Below are positions 1 to 9,477 of a stretch of DNA of 64,000 nucleotides, piece by piece; position 1 is the first letter of the stretch; the number at the start of each line of letters is the position of its first letter. The translations under genes and the position numbers were made by a program. The DNA comes from Macrostomum lignano (taxonomy: Eukaryota), in NCBI GenBank assembly GCA_002269645.1, contig NIVC01000187.1:1-64000 (forward strand), given 5' to 3'. The notes under the pieces were generated by a model. The model was not told the origin of the DNA, did no database searches, and was given only the letters and a program-made list of their open reading frames with translations.

Positions 1-819
1 ATAGAGCACAGCAATTGTCTTTATTTTTAACATTTATGCAAGCTTTTTTACCGGCTAGCTTATGCGGGAGCTCTATATAAGAGGAGGCTTTAAGTGGGTC
101 ATATTTCATGACCATGACAGTCGCTCTTTGAATCCCTCCCACGACCCATCCGGAACCTCTGGATGTAAACGCTTCAATTTTCTTAGTGACATCTTGAAGG
201 AAAGGATCCAGTGTGTCAGTAGGGGTGAATGGCTTCGCCTTTGTTGTCATGTAATACTCGAGATGCTCAGTGGGTTTCGCAGGCATATAAAACGCAATCT
301 TGAATGATATCTGTAGTTTAAATGTCTTGCGTGTTTTGAGTGTGTGATCAACAACTGATTGGATGCTATCTTTATAGTCGTAGATGTTTGCGGTGGTACC
401 GTTGGTGCCGTTAATTGGGATTGTGTACTCTATGTAATGTTCTGTAAACTTCCTCTGTGCAAAATTAATCTCTTCAATGGCAAGCTCCGACTCTTTTAAA
501 TGGATTAATTGCTCTAATTTCTCTTGTTCCTGCTTATTTTGTGGGTACTTTGCTTTTTCACCAGTGAGAGTTTCGTATTTGTTAACTAAGTTGCGACTCC
601 TCTCTTGGTGTTCCTTTGCAGAATTTTTTATAGGCGCATACTGGTTGGATTCTAATTGATTGATGATTTCCAACTGTTTTCATAGCTTCCCAGGTGACCA
701 GGGTCTGTGTTAAACGTTTGTTTACATGCTTCTCTTAGTGAATTACTTTTGTCTTGAAATGAGACGCCTTTTGAAAAATATTTGTTGACTAAATCTTTTG
801 CTGGATTAGCTTTTGGCAT
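1..819 (-). CDS. Protein-primed family B DNA polymerase (pPolB), N-terminal region; 5' end frameshifted; runs off window
   Basis: Manual translation: a frame open from 679 to 1 reads KQLEIINQ...FKLQISFKIAFY...KIEAFTSRGSGWVVGGIQRATVMVMKYDPLKASSYIELPHKLAGKKACINVKNKDNCCAL. The GSGW...KYxPLxxSSYIxLP...KKAxINVKNxD block is typical of Maverick pPolB N-termini. The ATG at 819 (MPKANPAKDLVNKYF) is in another frame, with a shift near the T-run at 677-680. Confidence 0.85.
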
Positions 820-849
820 TTTTTTCTCTAAAATAAAAAAAACATTTTG

Positions 850-863
850 AGGGTGACCACCCT
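850..863. promoter_or_regulatory. Palindromic motif AGGGT-N4-ACCCT about 30 bp upstream of the pPolB ATG (second copy at 5155-5168)
   Basis: AGGGTGACCACCCT at 850-863 and AGGGTGAGGACCCT at 5155-5168, lying 31 and 28 bp upstream of minus-strand ATGs. Confidence 0.4.
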
Positions 864-944
864 GATAGAAAAGTTGAACTGTTTCTACATCCTATCAGTA
901 GTATTAGGTTTATGAAGCTGGATAAAGTGGGGTTTTAAACCTCA

Positions 945-1403
945 TCACATGCGCATTATTGTAAACCCAGCATTGTGCAGTGTCATGATGGCTTTGACAA
1001 TGTCAGACTTGCTTACAGAATTTTCATGCTCAAAATCATCACGATCGGGGCAGCCCTCAGGGCAGCCCTCTCCTGCCTTAATTGTTATACCTTTGTCTCT
1101 TGCAATCTTTTGCAATTCTAGCTGGTGGGCTCTATCATTCCCAGCTTTAACGGCAGTTGCTACACCTCCAGCTACACCACCTGCGGCACTCACAGCGCCT
1201 GCAATGATTGGAATAAGAGCTGCTAATGGTAGGATTCCTCCTGACTTTTCATCTGTGATGCTGTGTCTTTGCTCATTACACTGAAGTATTTGCTGCGTGG
1301 GATCGATTTTTACTTTGATACCTTTAATTGATATAAGACCTGGTTTCTTTGATTCAATGATTTTATTGAGTTTATTGATGGTTCTGGTTTCAATCTTTGT
1401 CAT
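945..1403 (-). CDS. Maverick/adintovirus small structural protein with adenovirus pX-like hydrophobic Gly/Ala segment
   Basis: Intact 152-aa ORF with A-rich ATG context. SGGILPLAALIPIIAGAVSAAGGVAGGVATAV resembles adenovirus pX (RGGILPLLIPLIAAAIGAVPGIASVA). Confidence 0.65.
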   Translation of the reverse strand: MTKIETRTINKLNKIIESKKPGLISIKGIKVKIDPTQQILQCNEQRHSITDEKSGGILPLAALIPIIAGAVSAAGGVAGGVATAVKAGNDRAHQLELQKIARDKGITIKAGEGCPEGCPDRDDFEHENSVSKSDIVKAIMTLHNAGFTIMRM

Positions 1404-1419
1404 TTTTTATTTTAATATT

Positions 1420-2415
1420 TTAATTAATTTCCGTGTCAGCTGGTATCACTAGGAGTTCAGCTCTAGTGAATGACCGCGTGGGGGATTTAGGGTTAAAGGC
1501 CTGAGATAAAAAGTAATAGTCACCGGAGTCGGAGGTAAAATGTCTGTCTATTTTATGTACATCAAGGCTAAAGTATGGATCTGTAGCTCTTCTTTTGGTG
1601 TCTTTCTCTAGCTCTCCAGGTAGATATAAAAAGCGTAGAAACTCAGAGTTTGTCAGTATGTATGGTGATTCAACTCCTGGAAGCTTAGGGTAGTTTGAGG
1701 TGTCTGTTCTATGAGATGACTTAAGTTTGACAGTGTCTTGTTTAATTGCATGGGACGGTTTCAATCCAGTCATGCGCGTGACTTCATTGTTCAGTTGCTC
1801 TATAACAGTGGGGAGCCGGTCTGTCCACTTGGTATAGTATTGGCCACCTTTTAGTTTCAGCTCCTCTGCTGTCTGCTTAGTGAATAGCCTCTTGGCTAGA
1901 GTTAGATTGAATCTTTCCACAAAAGCCTGGTCTCTGTGGAGCTCAGTTCTTCCATAGCGAATTTTTGTGTCATACTTACGTAGAAGTGATATCACTGCAC
2001 CCATGAATTCTTTACCCGGGTCCGTCATAAAGATTTCAGGGTAACTAAGGGGTGAGTTTTTATAAATATCTTGGAGGGCGGCTGCAACTGCTTCTGACTT
2101 CTTCGTCTTGAGTGGGCGAGCTTCCTTATATCTGGAAGCAATGTCAATAATTGTAAGAGCATACTTGTAACCTGAGTCATTGGGGAGAAACAATAAGTCT
2201 GCTTGGTGCGCTTCATTAGGTTTATAGATGCTAAAGTGAGGTCTCGTAAATTGAACAGGTGGGAAATAGACTTGAAAGACAGCCTGCTTAGAGAGCCATT
2301 TTTCTACTGTAGCTTTTGGTTCCTTACTTAGTTCTGCGAGTTTGGTGACTGCATTTTTTCCTACAAAGAATCCTTTGTCGCTGTAGTAGAGTTTTTTAAG
2401 TTTCTGATCTGTCAT
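1420..2415 (-). CDS. Maverick c-integrase (retroviral-like DDE integrase, rve domain)
   Basis: Intact 331-aa ORF. Catalytic motifs HQADL (D), MTDPGKEF (D) and VERFNLTL (E); N-terminal LKKLYY motif typical of Polinton integrases. Confidence 0.95.
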   Translation of the reverse strand: MTDQKLKKLYYSDKGFFVGKNAVTKLAELSKEPKATVEKWLSKQAVFQVYFPPVQFTRPHFSIYKPNEAHQADLLFLPNDSGYKYALTIIDIASRYKEARPLKTKKSEAVAAALQDIYKNSPLSYPEIFMTDPGKEFMGAVISLLRKYDTKIRYGRTELHRDQAFVERFNLTLAKRLFTKQTAEELKLKGGQYYTKWTDRLPTVIEQLNNEVTRMTGLKPSHAIKQDTVKLKSSHRTDTSNYPKLPGVESPYILTNSEFLRFLYLPGELEKDTKRRATDPYFSLDVHKIDRHFTSDSGDYYFLSQAFNPKSPTRSFTRAELLVIPADTEIN

Positions 2416-2445
2416 TTATTTAAAAAGAAAATTTTAAATAAAATA

Positions 2446-2946
2446 ATGCAGCGCTCTGGTGGTAAAATAGATTCACATGGACTGATAGAAAAGCTTCATC
2501 ATCCAAACAAAGGCTGGACACTTCCCGGGTACAAATATTGTGGGCCTTTGAATCCACTTGAAATACAGTTAGATAAAAACAATAATCCACATCCTGGGCA
2601 TGAGCCTGTGAACGAGCTAGACTCTGTCTGCATGTGGCATGACATCAAGTATAGAGATTTTCCTGAGGAGAAGAATCGCTGGGACAAAGAAATGCTCAGG
2701 AGACTCGACAATATGGGGATTTTAAGCGGATTTCGTGAGTCGATTGCTAGGAAATTAGTCAAGGCGGTTATTTTTGGTAAGAAAAAGCTGGGGTTGGGGG
2801 TGGGCGCTGAGGGTGGGTGTTTGGGAAGAGAGGGCTGGTGCACGAGGAGAGAGGGCGGAGGCTCAGGAGCGGGGTTTGTTTTGTGCGCTCCTAACAAACA
2901 AATGGGAAGACTGCTGAAAGAGCTGGGGGTAGAGATGGGCGCTTGA
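2446..2946 (+). CDS. Parvovirus VP1u-type phospholipase A2 (stand-alone)
   Basis: LPGYKYCGPLN (Ca-binding loop), EPVNELD, catalytic CMWHDIKY and a downstream D (RWDKEML). Divergent from the integrase across a 30-bp AT-rich spacer. Confidence 0.9.
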   Translation: MQRSGGKIDSHGLIEKLHHPNKGWTLPGYKYCGPLNPLEIQLDKNNNPHPGHEPVNELDSVCMWHDIKYRDFPEEKNRWDKEMLRRLDNMGILSGFRESIARKLVKAVIFGKKKLGLGVGAEGGCLGREGWCTRREGGGSGAGFVLCAPNKQMGRLLKELGVEMGA

Positions 2947-3570
2947 ATCGGGAAGGGCATGAGCAAGTGTGGATTTGAGTAAGTACAGTTTTTTATTCCC
3001 TAAAGAGTTGCGCACAAGAGAGATTCTCATTCTTCAGAGAGCTAAGAGCAGAAAATGAAAAAAAAGTCAACCGCTTCACCGCCATTGGCATGCATGGACT
3101 GCTTGGGATTCCTTGATTGATATTGATTATTGGCCAAATTGCGAGGCCAGTTGGCCCGCCGAGTTGGCCTCGGCCCGCCGATTTGGCCTCGGAATGTGGC
3201 CCGCCTTGTTGGTCTATACGGTATGAAGATATGGGGGTGGGGTAGAGAGGGGCGCTTGAGTCGGGAAGGGTTTAACTATTATTCTCAACCCTGGCCAAAC
3301 GCGACAGCTGCATTTGAAATGTTGAGAAGCAGAAGGGGGTGGGGTAACTGCTATTGCTGAGGGGGGGGGGCGTAGCCCTCTAATCGATTTTGCGAATGTA
3401 CAAGTTCCACGTGTGCATTCCTTTCCGCTTTGACAACCGGAGGGAAGGAAGCGGGTGGAGGGAATTGATCGCTCGGAAGCTAGTTAAAGCAAGCAAGAAA
3501 ATTCAGCTCATTTTGCTCGCACACGTTCTTCGTCGCGCAATACTGCACCGTTGTGGCTGCTGATTTCATT

Positions 3571-3958
3571 ATGTTGTAAGTTTATTCATTTTTTACTTAC
3601 TGAAATTCTATACTGTGTTAAGAATTGAAAAATCTCTTATTTTGATTAAATCTTTGTTTTTAGTTCACAAAAAATTACGTTCTACTCGACCGACCTAGAA
3701 AATCTCCATGGTCGACTTGTTGAAGGATTAGATGCCAACGAACCGGCATCAGAGAGAATTCAAGAAGTTCTCCATCATTTCTTCAATGAAAAAGTTGAGA
3801 ACCAGCGAATTTGTTCAAGAGCGGCCATGGAGACCCAGGATAACAACTACGCCATGAGAACCGAAATGGTGTTTGACGAACTTCGCCGATCATTTGTTGC
3901 TGATGAAGATTCACTTCTTAGTTATCAACAAATTTTTTCCAGGATTTTATCAATGTAA
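3571..3958 (+). CDS. Putative two-exon 99-aa protein of unknown function (exons 3571-3575, 3664-3958)
   Basis: ATG TT|GTAAGT donor and TTTTTTAG acceptor at 3663 join in frame to a 98-codon open frame (MFSQKITFYSTDLENLHGRLVEGLDANEPASERIQEVLHHFFNEKVENQ...). Confidence 0.45.
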
Positions 3959-4378
3959 GCTACTGATAGTAATCTTCTAAACACTTTCCTGGATCTCCAG
4001 GATTTTTTTTTCCAGGATTTTTTTTAAACTCGTGCCAATTCCTGACAATACAGGAATTCCTGACAATACAGGAAAGTCTTTTACTGGATTTTTTTCCAGG
4101 ATTTTATCAATGTAAGCTACTCATAGTAGTCTTCTAAACACTTTCCTGTATCTCCAGGATTTTTTTTTAAACTCGTGCCAATTCCTGACAATACAGGAAT
4201 TCCTGACAATACAGGAATTCCTGACAATACAGGAAAGTCTTTTACTGGATTTTTTCCAGGATTTTATCAATGTAAGCTACTCATAGTAGTCTTCTAAACA
4301 TTTTCCTGGATCTCCAGGATTTTTTTAAACTCGTGCCAATTCCTGACAATACAGGAATTCCTGACAATACAGGAAAGT
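3925..4378. repeat. About 3 copies of a ~150-bp unit containing 18-bp hairpin subrepeats TTCCTGACAATACAGGAA and the palindrome TCCTGGATCTCCAGGA
   Basis: Directly visible tandem duplication; each unit begins with ttccaggattttatcaatgtaagctact. Confidence 0.9.
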
Positions 4379-4523
4379 GCTGTTCACAAAATGACTGGGA
4401 GGAAAATCAATATTATTCTGGATCCGAAGAATATCGATTTTGGATTGTGTGAGGATCTACAATATCTTGTTCTTTCTCTACCTTATTCATTTCCAGCCTT
4501 GCAACTAAGCTTGCGCGTCGCGG

Positions 4524-4665
4524 ACCAGCATTAGCTGGGGTAATTGGGGGTGTGTGGCGACTCCCCCAGTCCTTGGACTGAACAGCCGTACGCAGCCTTC
4601 AGATCTGCTCTTTCCTCCTTTCCTTTCCTTTGTTTTATGTAAATATACTTGTGAATAAATGAACT
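4524..4665 (+). mobile_element. 3' fragment of the SINE family seen at 46372-46628
   Basis: ccagcattagctggggtaattgggggtgtgtggcgactcccccagtccttg matches the reverse complement of 46434-46485 (ccagcaatagctggggtaattgaggctgtgtgtgtcgaccccccagtccttg). The right boundary is approximate. Confidence 0.6.
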
Positions 4666-4691
4666 CAGTATGTTTTTTAGTAAGCTTTTGT

Positions 4692-4880
4692 GTTTGCTTT
4701 TCGATTTCTTCTGTTGCTGGAGGACAGATGGTGGTAGAGAAACCAAATCCAGTGAAAAGAGTTGTATTGAGTAATAAGGAGATTCACGAGATTGTGCTAC
4801 AGTTTGAGACTGAAGATGGGATGGGTGTTGATTTCAACGGTGAAGAGTTTGTATTGACGTTAATCATTGAGAGAATGTAA
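4692..4880 (+). pseudogene. C-terminal fragment of a Maverick minor capsid (penton) protein
   Basis: FSISSVAGGQMVVEKPNPVKRVVLSNKEIHEIVLQFETEDGMGVDFNGEEFVLTLIIERM* resembles the penton C-terminal pattern VxxG..IxExP...I.xI.I.xxDxDG..VDFxGE.xxxxLxI. No N-terminus is present. Confidence 0.55.
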
Positions 4881-4887
4881 GAAAAAA

Positions 4888-5127
4888 TTACAATTGCCTA
4901 ATGATTTCTGCAAAGTTATAGTAGCTGTCGTAATCTTTTACGTAGGTTACTCCGTACTTATGAAACCAATGTCTTTGGAGAGCTTGATTAATATTAGGGA
5001 CATTGATATCAACGCTGGGCCAATATTTTCTCATGTACTCGCTGCATTCAAGTTTGCATCGGTACTTGGATTTGTAATTAGGCTCGTGCGTTTTGTAATA
5101 AGAACCTGGAGAGACAACTGGAAACAT
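4888..5127 (-). CDS. Small 79-aa ORF of unknown function in the Maverick
   Basis: True ATG in aaaATG context, convergent with the penton fragment, and it shares an upstream palindromic motif with pPolB. Confidence 0.4.
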   Translation of the reverse strand: MFPVVSPGSYYKTHEPNYKSKYRCKLECSEYMRKYWPSVDINVPNINQALQRHWFHKYGVTYVKDYDSYYNFAEIIRQL

Positions 5128-5324
5128 TTTTAGAGAAAATTTAATTTTTTTTAAAGGGTGAGGACCCTGCGCTGATGATTTAAAGTCTTAGGGATGTGGT
5201 AGCACGTTGCGGATTGAATGTGGGGAGAAGAATGCAGATTATTTTCTGATTGTTTCGAAGATGCTATGGGTGGATGTCGGTGTCAATGAGCATAACAGGT
5301 GTTAGTGGACATCTGTTATGCTCT

Positions 5325-5812
5325 GATTCTGTCAGGGATAATATGGATGGATTTAATACGATTATCTTCGAAGTTTTCGGAGCAAGTGCGACCCCTCCAC
5401 TTTTTCATGATTCTGTCGGGGATAATATGGATGGATTTAATGGGATTATGGAGGACGTTTTGTGAGCGAGTGCGACCCCCCTTTTTTTCTGATTCTGTCA
5501 GGGATAATATGGATGGATTTAATGGGATTATGGAAGAGGTGAAAAATTTTGTCCCAGAAGCCCCCTCATGCCTTCTACTTGCGGCTGAGCTGTCGGCTGT
5601 ACATCTGGCCATTGGGCAGGTGTAATCAAATATTGTTATTATAAGTTTCAGAAAAACCATCAGATACAAGTATCAAAACAATTGTCAGATGAAAGTGTCA
5701 GACAATTCCGTCAGATAAAAGTGTCAGACAATTCCGTCAGATGAAAGTGTCAGACAATTCCGTCAGATAAAAGTGTCAGACAATTCCGTCAGATGAAAGT
5801 GTCAGACAATTC
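5325..5812. repeat. Subterminal repeats: 3 copies of an ~85-bp unit, then about 5 copies of a 26-bp unit GTCAGATGAAAGTGTCAGACAATTCC
   Basis: Directly visible. Confidence 0.85.
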
Positions 5813-6381
5813 CAGAAGGACAGAGGACAAAGCAGAATTTCCAAAGTGTCAATCCTGGGACTCTTGAATTCCCAAGAAAGCAATGTGTGTTTTATCAGAG
5901 ATGTACTCACAATTTTATCAATCTATTTTTTTCATTTTGCAGTGCACTTTTACAGGACGGGTTTTTTTCACGACGTAACCGCATTTGTCTATGGCGTAAC
6001 CACATTCAGCGCTGCAAAAAAGAACAAAATCTTTAATACATATATATCCGTTATTCCGAAAGCAAAACTAAATTTTAAGCATTGCTGTTGTTCTCCAATA
6101 ATGTTTTTTTAAAACGTCTTCAAATTCTCATTTTCCTTGCTAGGCGTGCCCAAAATGCTCGGCTGAAGCGAGGATTGGCCATAGACTATGACGCATTTTT
6201 GCTATACAGTCTCAGATTGTTAGAAAAAAAGTCTAAGTGAGACTTAGCTTAGTCAAGGAGTTCTATAATTCTATAGCTTCTAAGGAGTTCTATAGCTTAG
6301 TGAAAAATAACCGATATTTTTTATACCAACGAGTCATAAATCATAAACTCCACTGAACGGACTTCTCGGCCAAATTAAATA

Positions 6382-7014
6382 ATGCCACTTAACGTCTTCA
6401 GTTTTTCGGCTACTGCCATCATATTGCTTGCGTGCATAGGTAAGCTAATGAAGCATTTTTCTATTGGGCACTTGTACTTTGTATTTATACACTCAGTGCA
6501 ATTTGCTATTTATAAATTTGTCTGTTACAGTTGTGACAAACAGTATAAAGTGCTATCAATACGGTCCTGGTGACAAGACGGACACCTCTACAACTGTTGA
6601 CTGCAATGGGGGATTAAAAAATAGCCAACAAACACTAAATTCTATGTTTCCAAATATGAACTTCAATACTAACCAAAATACCTTTAAGCACTGTGCGCGA
6701 ATGCACGGCTATGCGGATGGCAAATATTTCGTGAGTCAACTGCGCGACACTGAGTCTGAACAGATTTCCTAACCTAAGCACTTTAGTACTGAAGAAGACT
6801 CCAGCTAACAGTCATTGAACTAATTTTTCAGGTTTACGGAACTTGTGGACATTGCGGATCGATTCCTGGTGGCATCAAGACTGCCTCGGTCACGTGCAGC
6901 TCCTGCACTTCTGACGAGTGCAACTCTGCCAGCAGAAAAGGCAGCGTCTCGCCTGCAGCCACCATCAGTTTGGCTGCCTGTCTACTCTGGCTGCTCAGCT
7001 TCATTGCTTTCTAA
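6382..7014 (+). CDS. Ly6/uPAR (three-finger, quiver-like) GPI-anchored protein, paralog 1; exons 6382-6439, 6531-6730, 6832-7014; 146 aa
   Basis: Canonical GT-AG introns that join in frame; signal peptide, 8 Cys ending in CTSDECN, hydrophobic C-terminal GPI-type tail. Confidence 0.85.
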
Positions 7015-7849
7015 ATTTTTTGCCGGATTGAAAATTCTTCTTCTTTTCAATGCAGAATCCACCAAAAAAAACAAACTACAAGCCTATAAATGGTAGCATC
7101 GGCTCAATAAAAAGCACTGGAAAACTTTTGTTTGTTTAGGAATGCAGATCAACAAAGCTTATTAAAACTCCACTCAAAAATAAACGCTTCAGTTTTACGA
7201 ATTTATCGGGTAACTTTTTAACTGAACTCAAAAAAAAGAACTTTTCGTCTTATTTCTTTCATTTATAAGTTGTAGACCAATCTATTAAAAAAGCTACTGT
7301 TACTGGAGTATACTACTGAATTATTAGAGCTAGGAAAGTCATGTTGAGAGCATGTTGGAAGATATGGCTCAATTAGATGTGAAGGAACTCCAGGAACGAA
7401 TCGAATGAACCTGTTTCATTGATTACCGCTTGAGCTGGTCTATTCCGCTATCTACTTAGTGTCCGTGGGATTAATATCATCGAGGATCAAACGTTTCAGA
7501 AAAACCTTATCTTCAATAGAATGCCTTGAGTCTGAGTATTGAATTTGATATGGATCTGGCTCGCTTGGGTTTTTATTGAAGTTTTCTTGTCCTTTTCCTG
7601 TTAATATAGTGTAATAGTTACTGTAACAATAACATTAACTAATTACTATAATAACGATCAATGTTAAATAAAGTTTTTTTGTGCAGTGTGATTTGGCCAA
7701 GGACATTGGAAGCGTGCAGCTATTTTGCTTATTTTTTGGACCCCAAAAAATCAATCCAAAATGATACAAGGATCCCCCTAAAAACAATTCTTTGTTAAGA
7801 TAGATGCGTTGTTGAGGTGTATTGACAATTACTGATCTTCTTCGATCTT

Positions 7850-9476
7850 AGCAGACCCCATCTCCCCTTTGTCATCTGCTGTTGATGGTAGCTTAGCAGA
7901 CCCCATCTCCCCTCTGTCATCTGCTGTTGATGGTAGCTTAGCAGACCCCATCTCCCCTCTGTCATCTGCTGTTGATGGTAGCTTAGCAGACCCCCATCTC
8001 CCCTCTGTCATTTGCTGCTGATGGTAGCTTAGCAGACCCCATCTCCCCTTTGTCATCTGCTGTTGATGGTAGCTTAGCAGACCCCATCTCCCCTCTGTCA
8101 TCTGCTGTTGATGGTAGCTTAGCAGACCCCATCTCCCCTCTGTCATCTGCTGTTGATGGTAGCTTAGCAGACCCCATCTCCCCTCTGTCATCTGCTGTTG
8201 ATGGTAGCTTAGCAGACCCCATCTCCCCTCTGTCATCTGCTGTTGATGGTAGCTTAGCAGACCCCATCTCCCCTCTGTCATCTGCTGCTGATGGTAGCTT
8301 AGCAGACCCCATCTCCCCTCTGTCATCTGCTGTTGATGGTAGCTTAGCAGACCCCATCTCCCCTCTGTCATCTGCTGTTGATGGTAGCTTAGCAGACCCC
8401 ATCTCCCCTCTGTCATCTGCTGCTGATGGTAGCTTAGCAGACCCCATCTCCCCTCTGTCATCTGCTGTTGATGGTAGCTTAGCAGACCCCATCTCCCCTT
8501 TGTCATCTGCTGTTGATGGTAGCTTAGCAGACCCCATCTCCCCTCTGTCATCTGCTGTTGATGGTAGCTTAGCAGACCCCATCTCCCCTCTGTCATCTGC
8601 TGTTGATGGTAGCTTAGCAGACCCCATCTCCCCTCTGTCATCTGCTGTTGATGGTAGCTTAGCAGACCCCATCTCCCCTCTGTCATCTGCTGTTGATGGT
8701 AGCTTAGCAGACCCCATCTCCCCTCTGTCATCTGCTGCTGATGGTAGCTTAGCAGACCCCATCTCCCCTCTGTCATCTGCTGTTGATGGTAGCTTAGCAG
8801 ACCCCATCTCCCCTCTGTCATCTGCTGTTGATGGTAGCTTAGCAGACCCCATCTCCCCTCTGTCATCTGCTGTTGATGGTAGCTTAGCAGACCCCATCTC
8901 CCCTCTGTCATCTGCTGTTGATGGTAGCTTAGCAGACCCCATCTCCCCTCTGTCATCTGCTGTTGATGGTAGCTTAGCAGACCCCATCTCCCCTCTGTCA
9001 TCTGCTGTTGATGGTAGCTTAGCAGACCCCATCTCCCCTCTGTCATCTGCTGTTGATGGTAGCTTAGCAGACCCCATCTCCCCTCTGTCATCTGCTGTTG
9101 ATGGTAGCTTAGCAGACCCCCATCTCCCCTCTGTCATTTGCTGCTGATGGTAGCTTAGCAGACCCCATCTCCCCTCTGTCATCTGCTGTTGATGGTAGCT
9201 TAGCAGACCCCATCTCCCCTCTGTCATCTGCTGTTGATGGTAGCTTAGCAGACCCCATCTCCCCTCTGTCATCTGCTGTTGATGGTAGCTTAGCAGACCC
9301 CATCTCCCCTCTGTCATCTGCTGTTGATGGTAGCTTAGCAGACCCCATCTCCCCTTTGTCATCTGCTGCTGATGGTAGCTTAGCAGACCCCATCTCCCCT
9401 CTGTCAATTTCTGCTGATGGTAGCTTAGCAGACCCCATCTCCCCTTTGTCATCTGCTGTTGATGGTAGCTTAGCAT
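7850..9476. repeat. 45-bp minisatellite (AGCTTAGCAGACCCCATCTCCCCTCTGTCATCTGCTGTTGATGGT), about 36 copies
   Basis: Directly visible; the ORF translations have a 15-aa period. Confidence 0.97.
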
Positions 9477-9477
9477 G

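Larger units (their letters stand above)
1..5850. mobile_element. Terminal part of a Maverick/Polinton (adintovirus-like) element, partly degraded; continues off the left edge
   Basis: Cluster of pPolB N-terminus, rve c-integrase, parvo-type PLA2, pX-like ORF and penton fragment, with compact A-rich intergenic spacers, followed by subterminal tandem repeats. The right boundary is approximate and no AGTAGT-type terminus was recognised. Confidence 0.9.

Noticed and set aside
4867-5133. 88-aa plus-strand membrane-like ORF
   Set aside because: It starts at a non-ATG codon and overlaps antisense a better supported ATG-initiated ORF.
7829-9476. Long ORFs of 365-497 aa in several frames
   Set aside because: They are translations of a stop-free 45-bp minisatellite, with no unique coding sequence or splice context.
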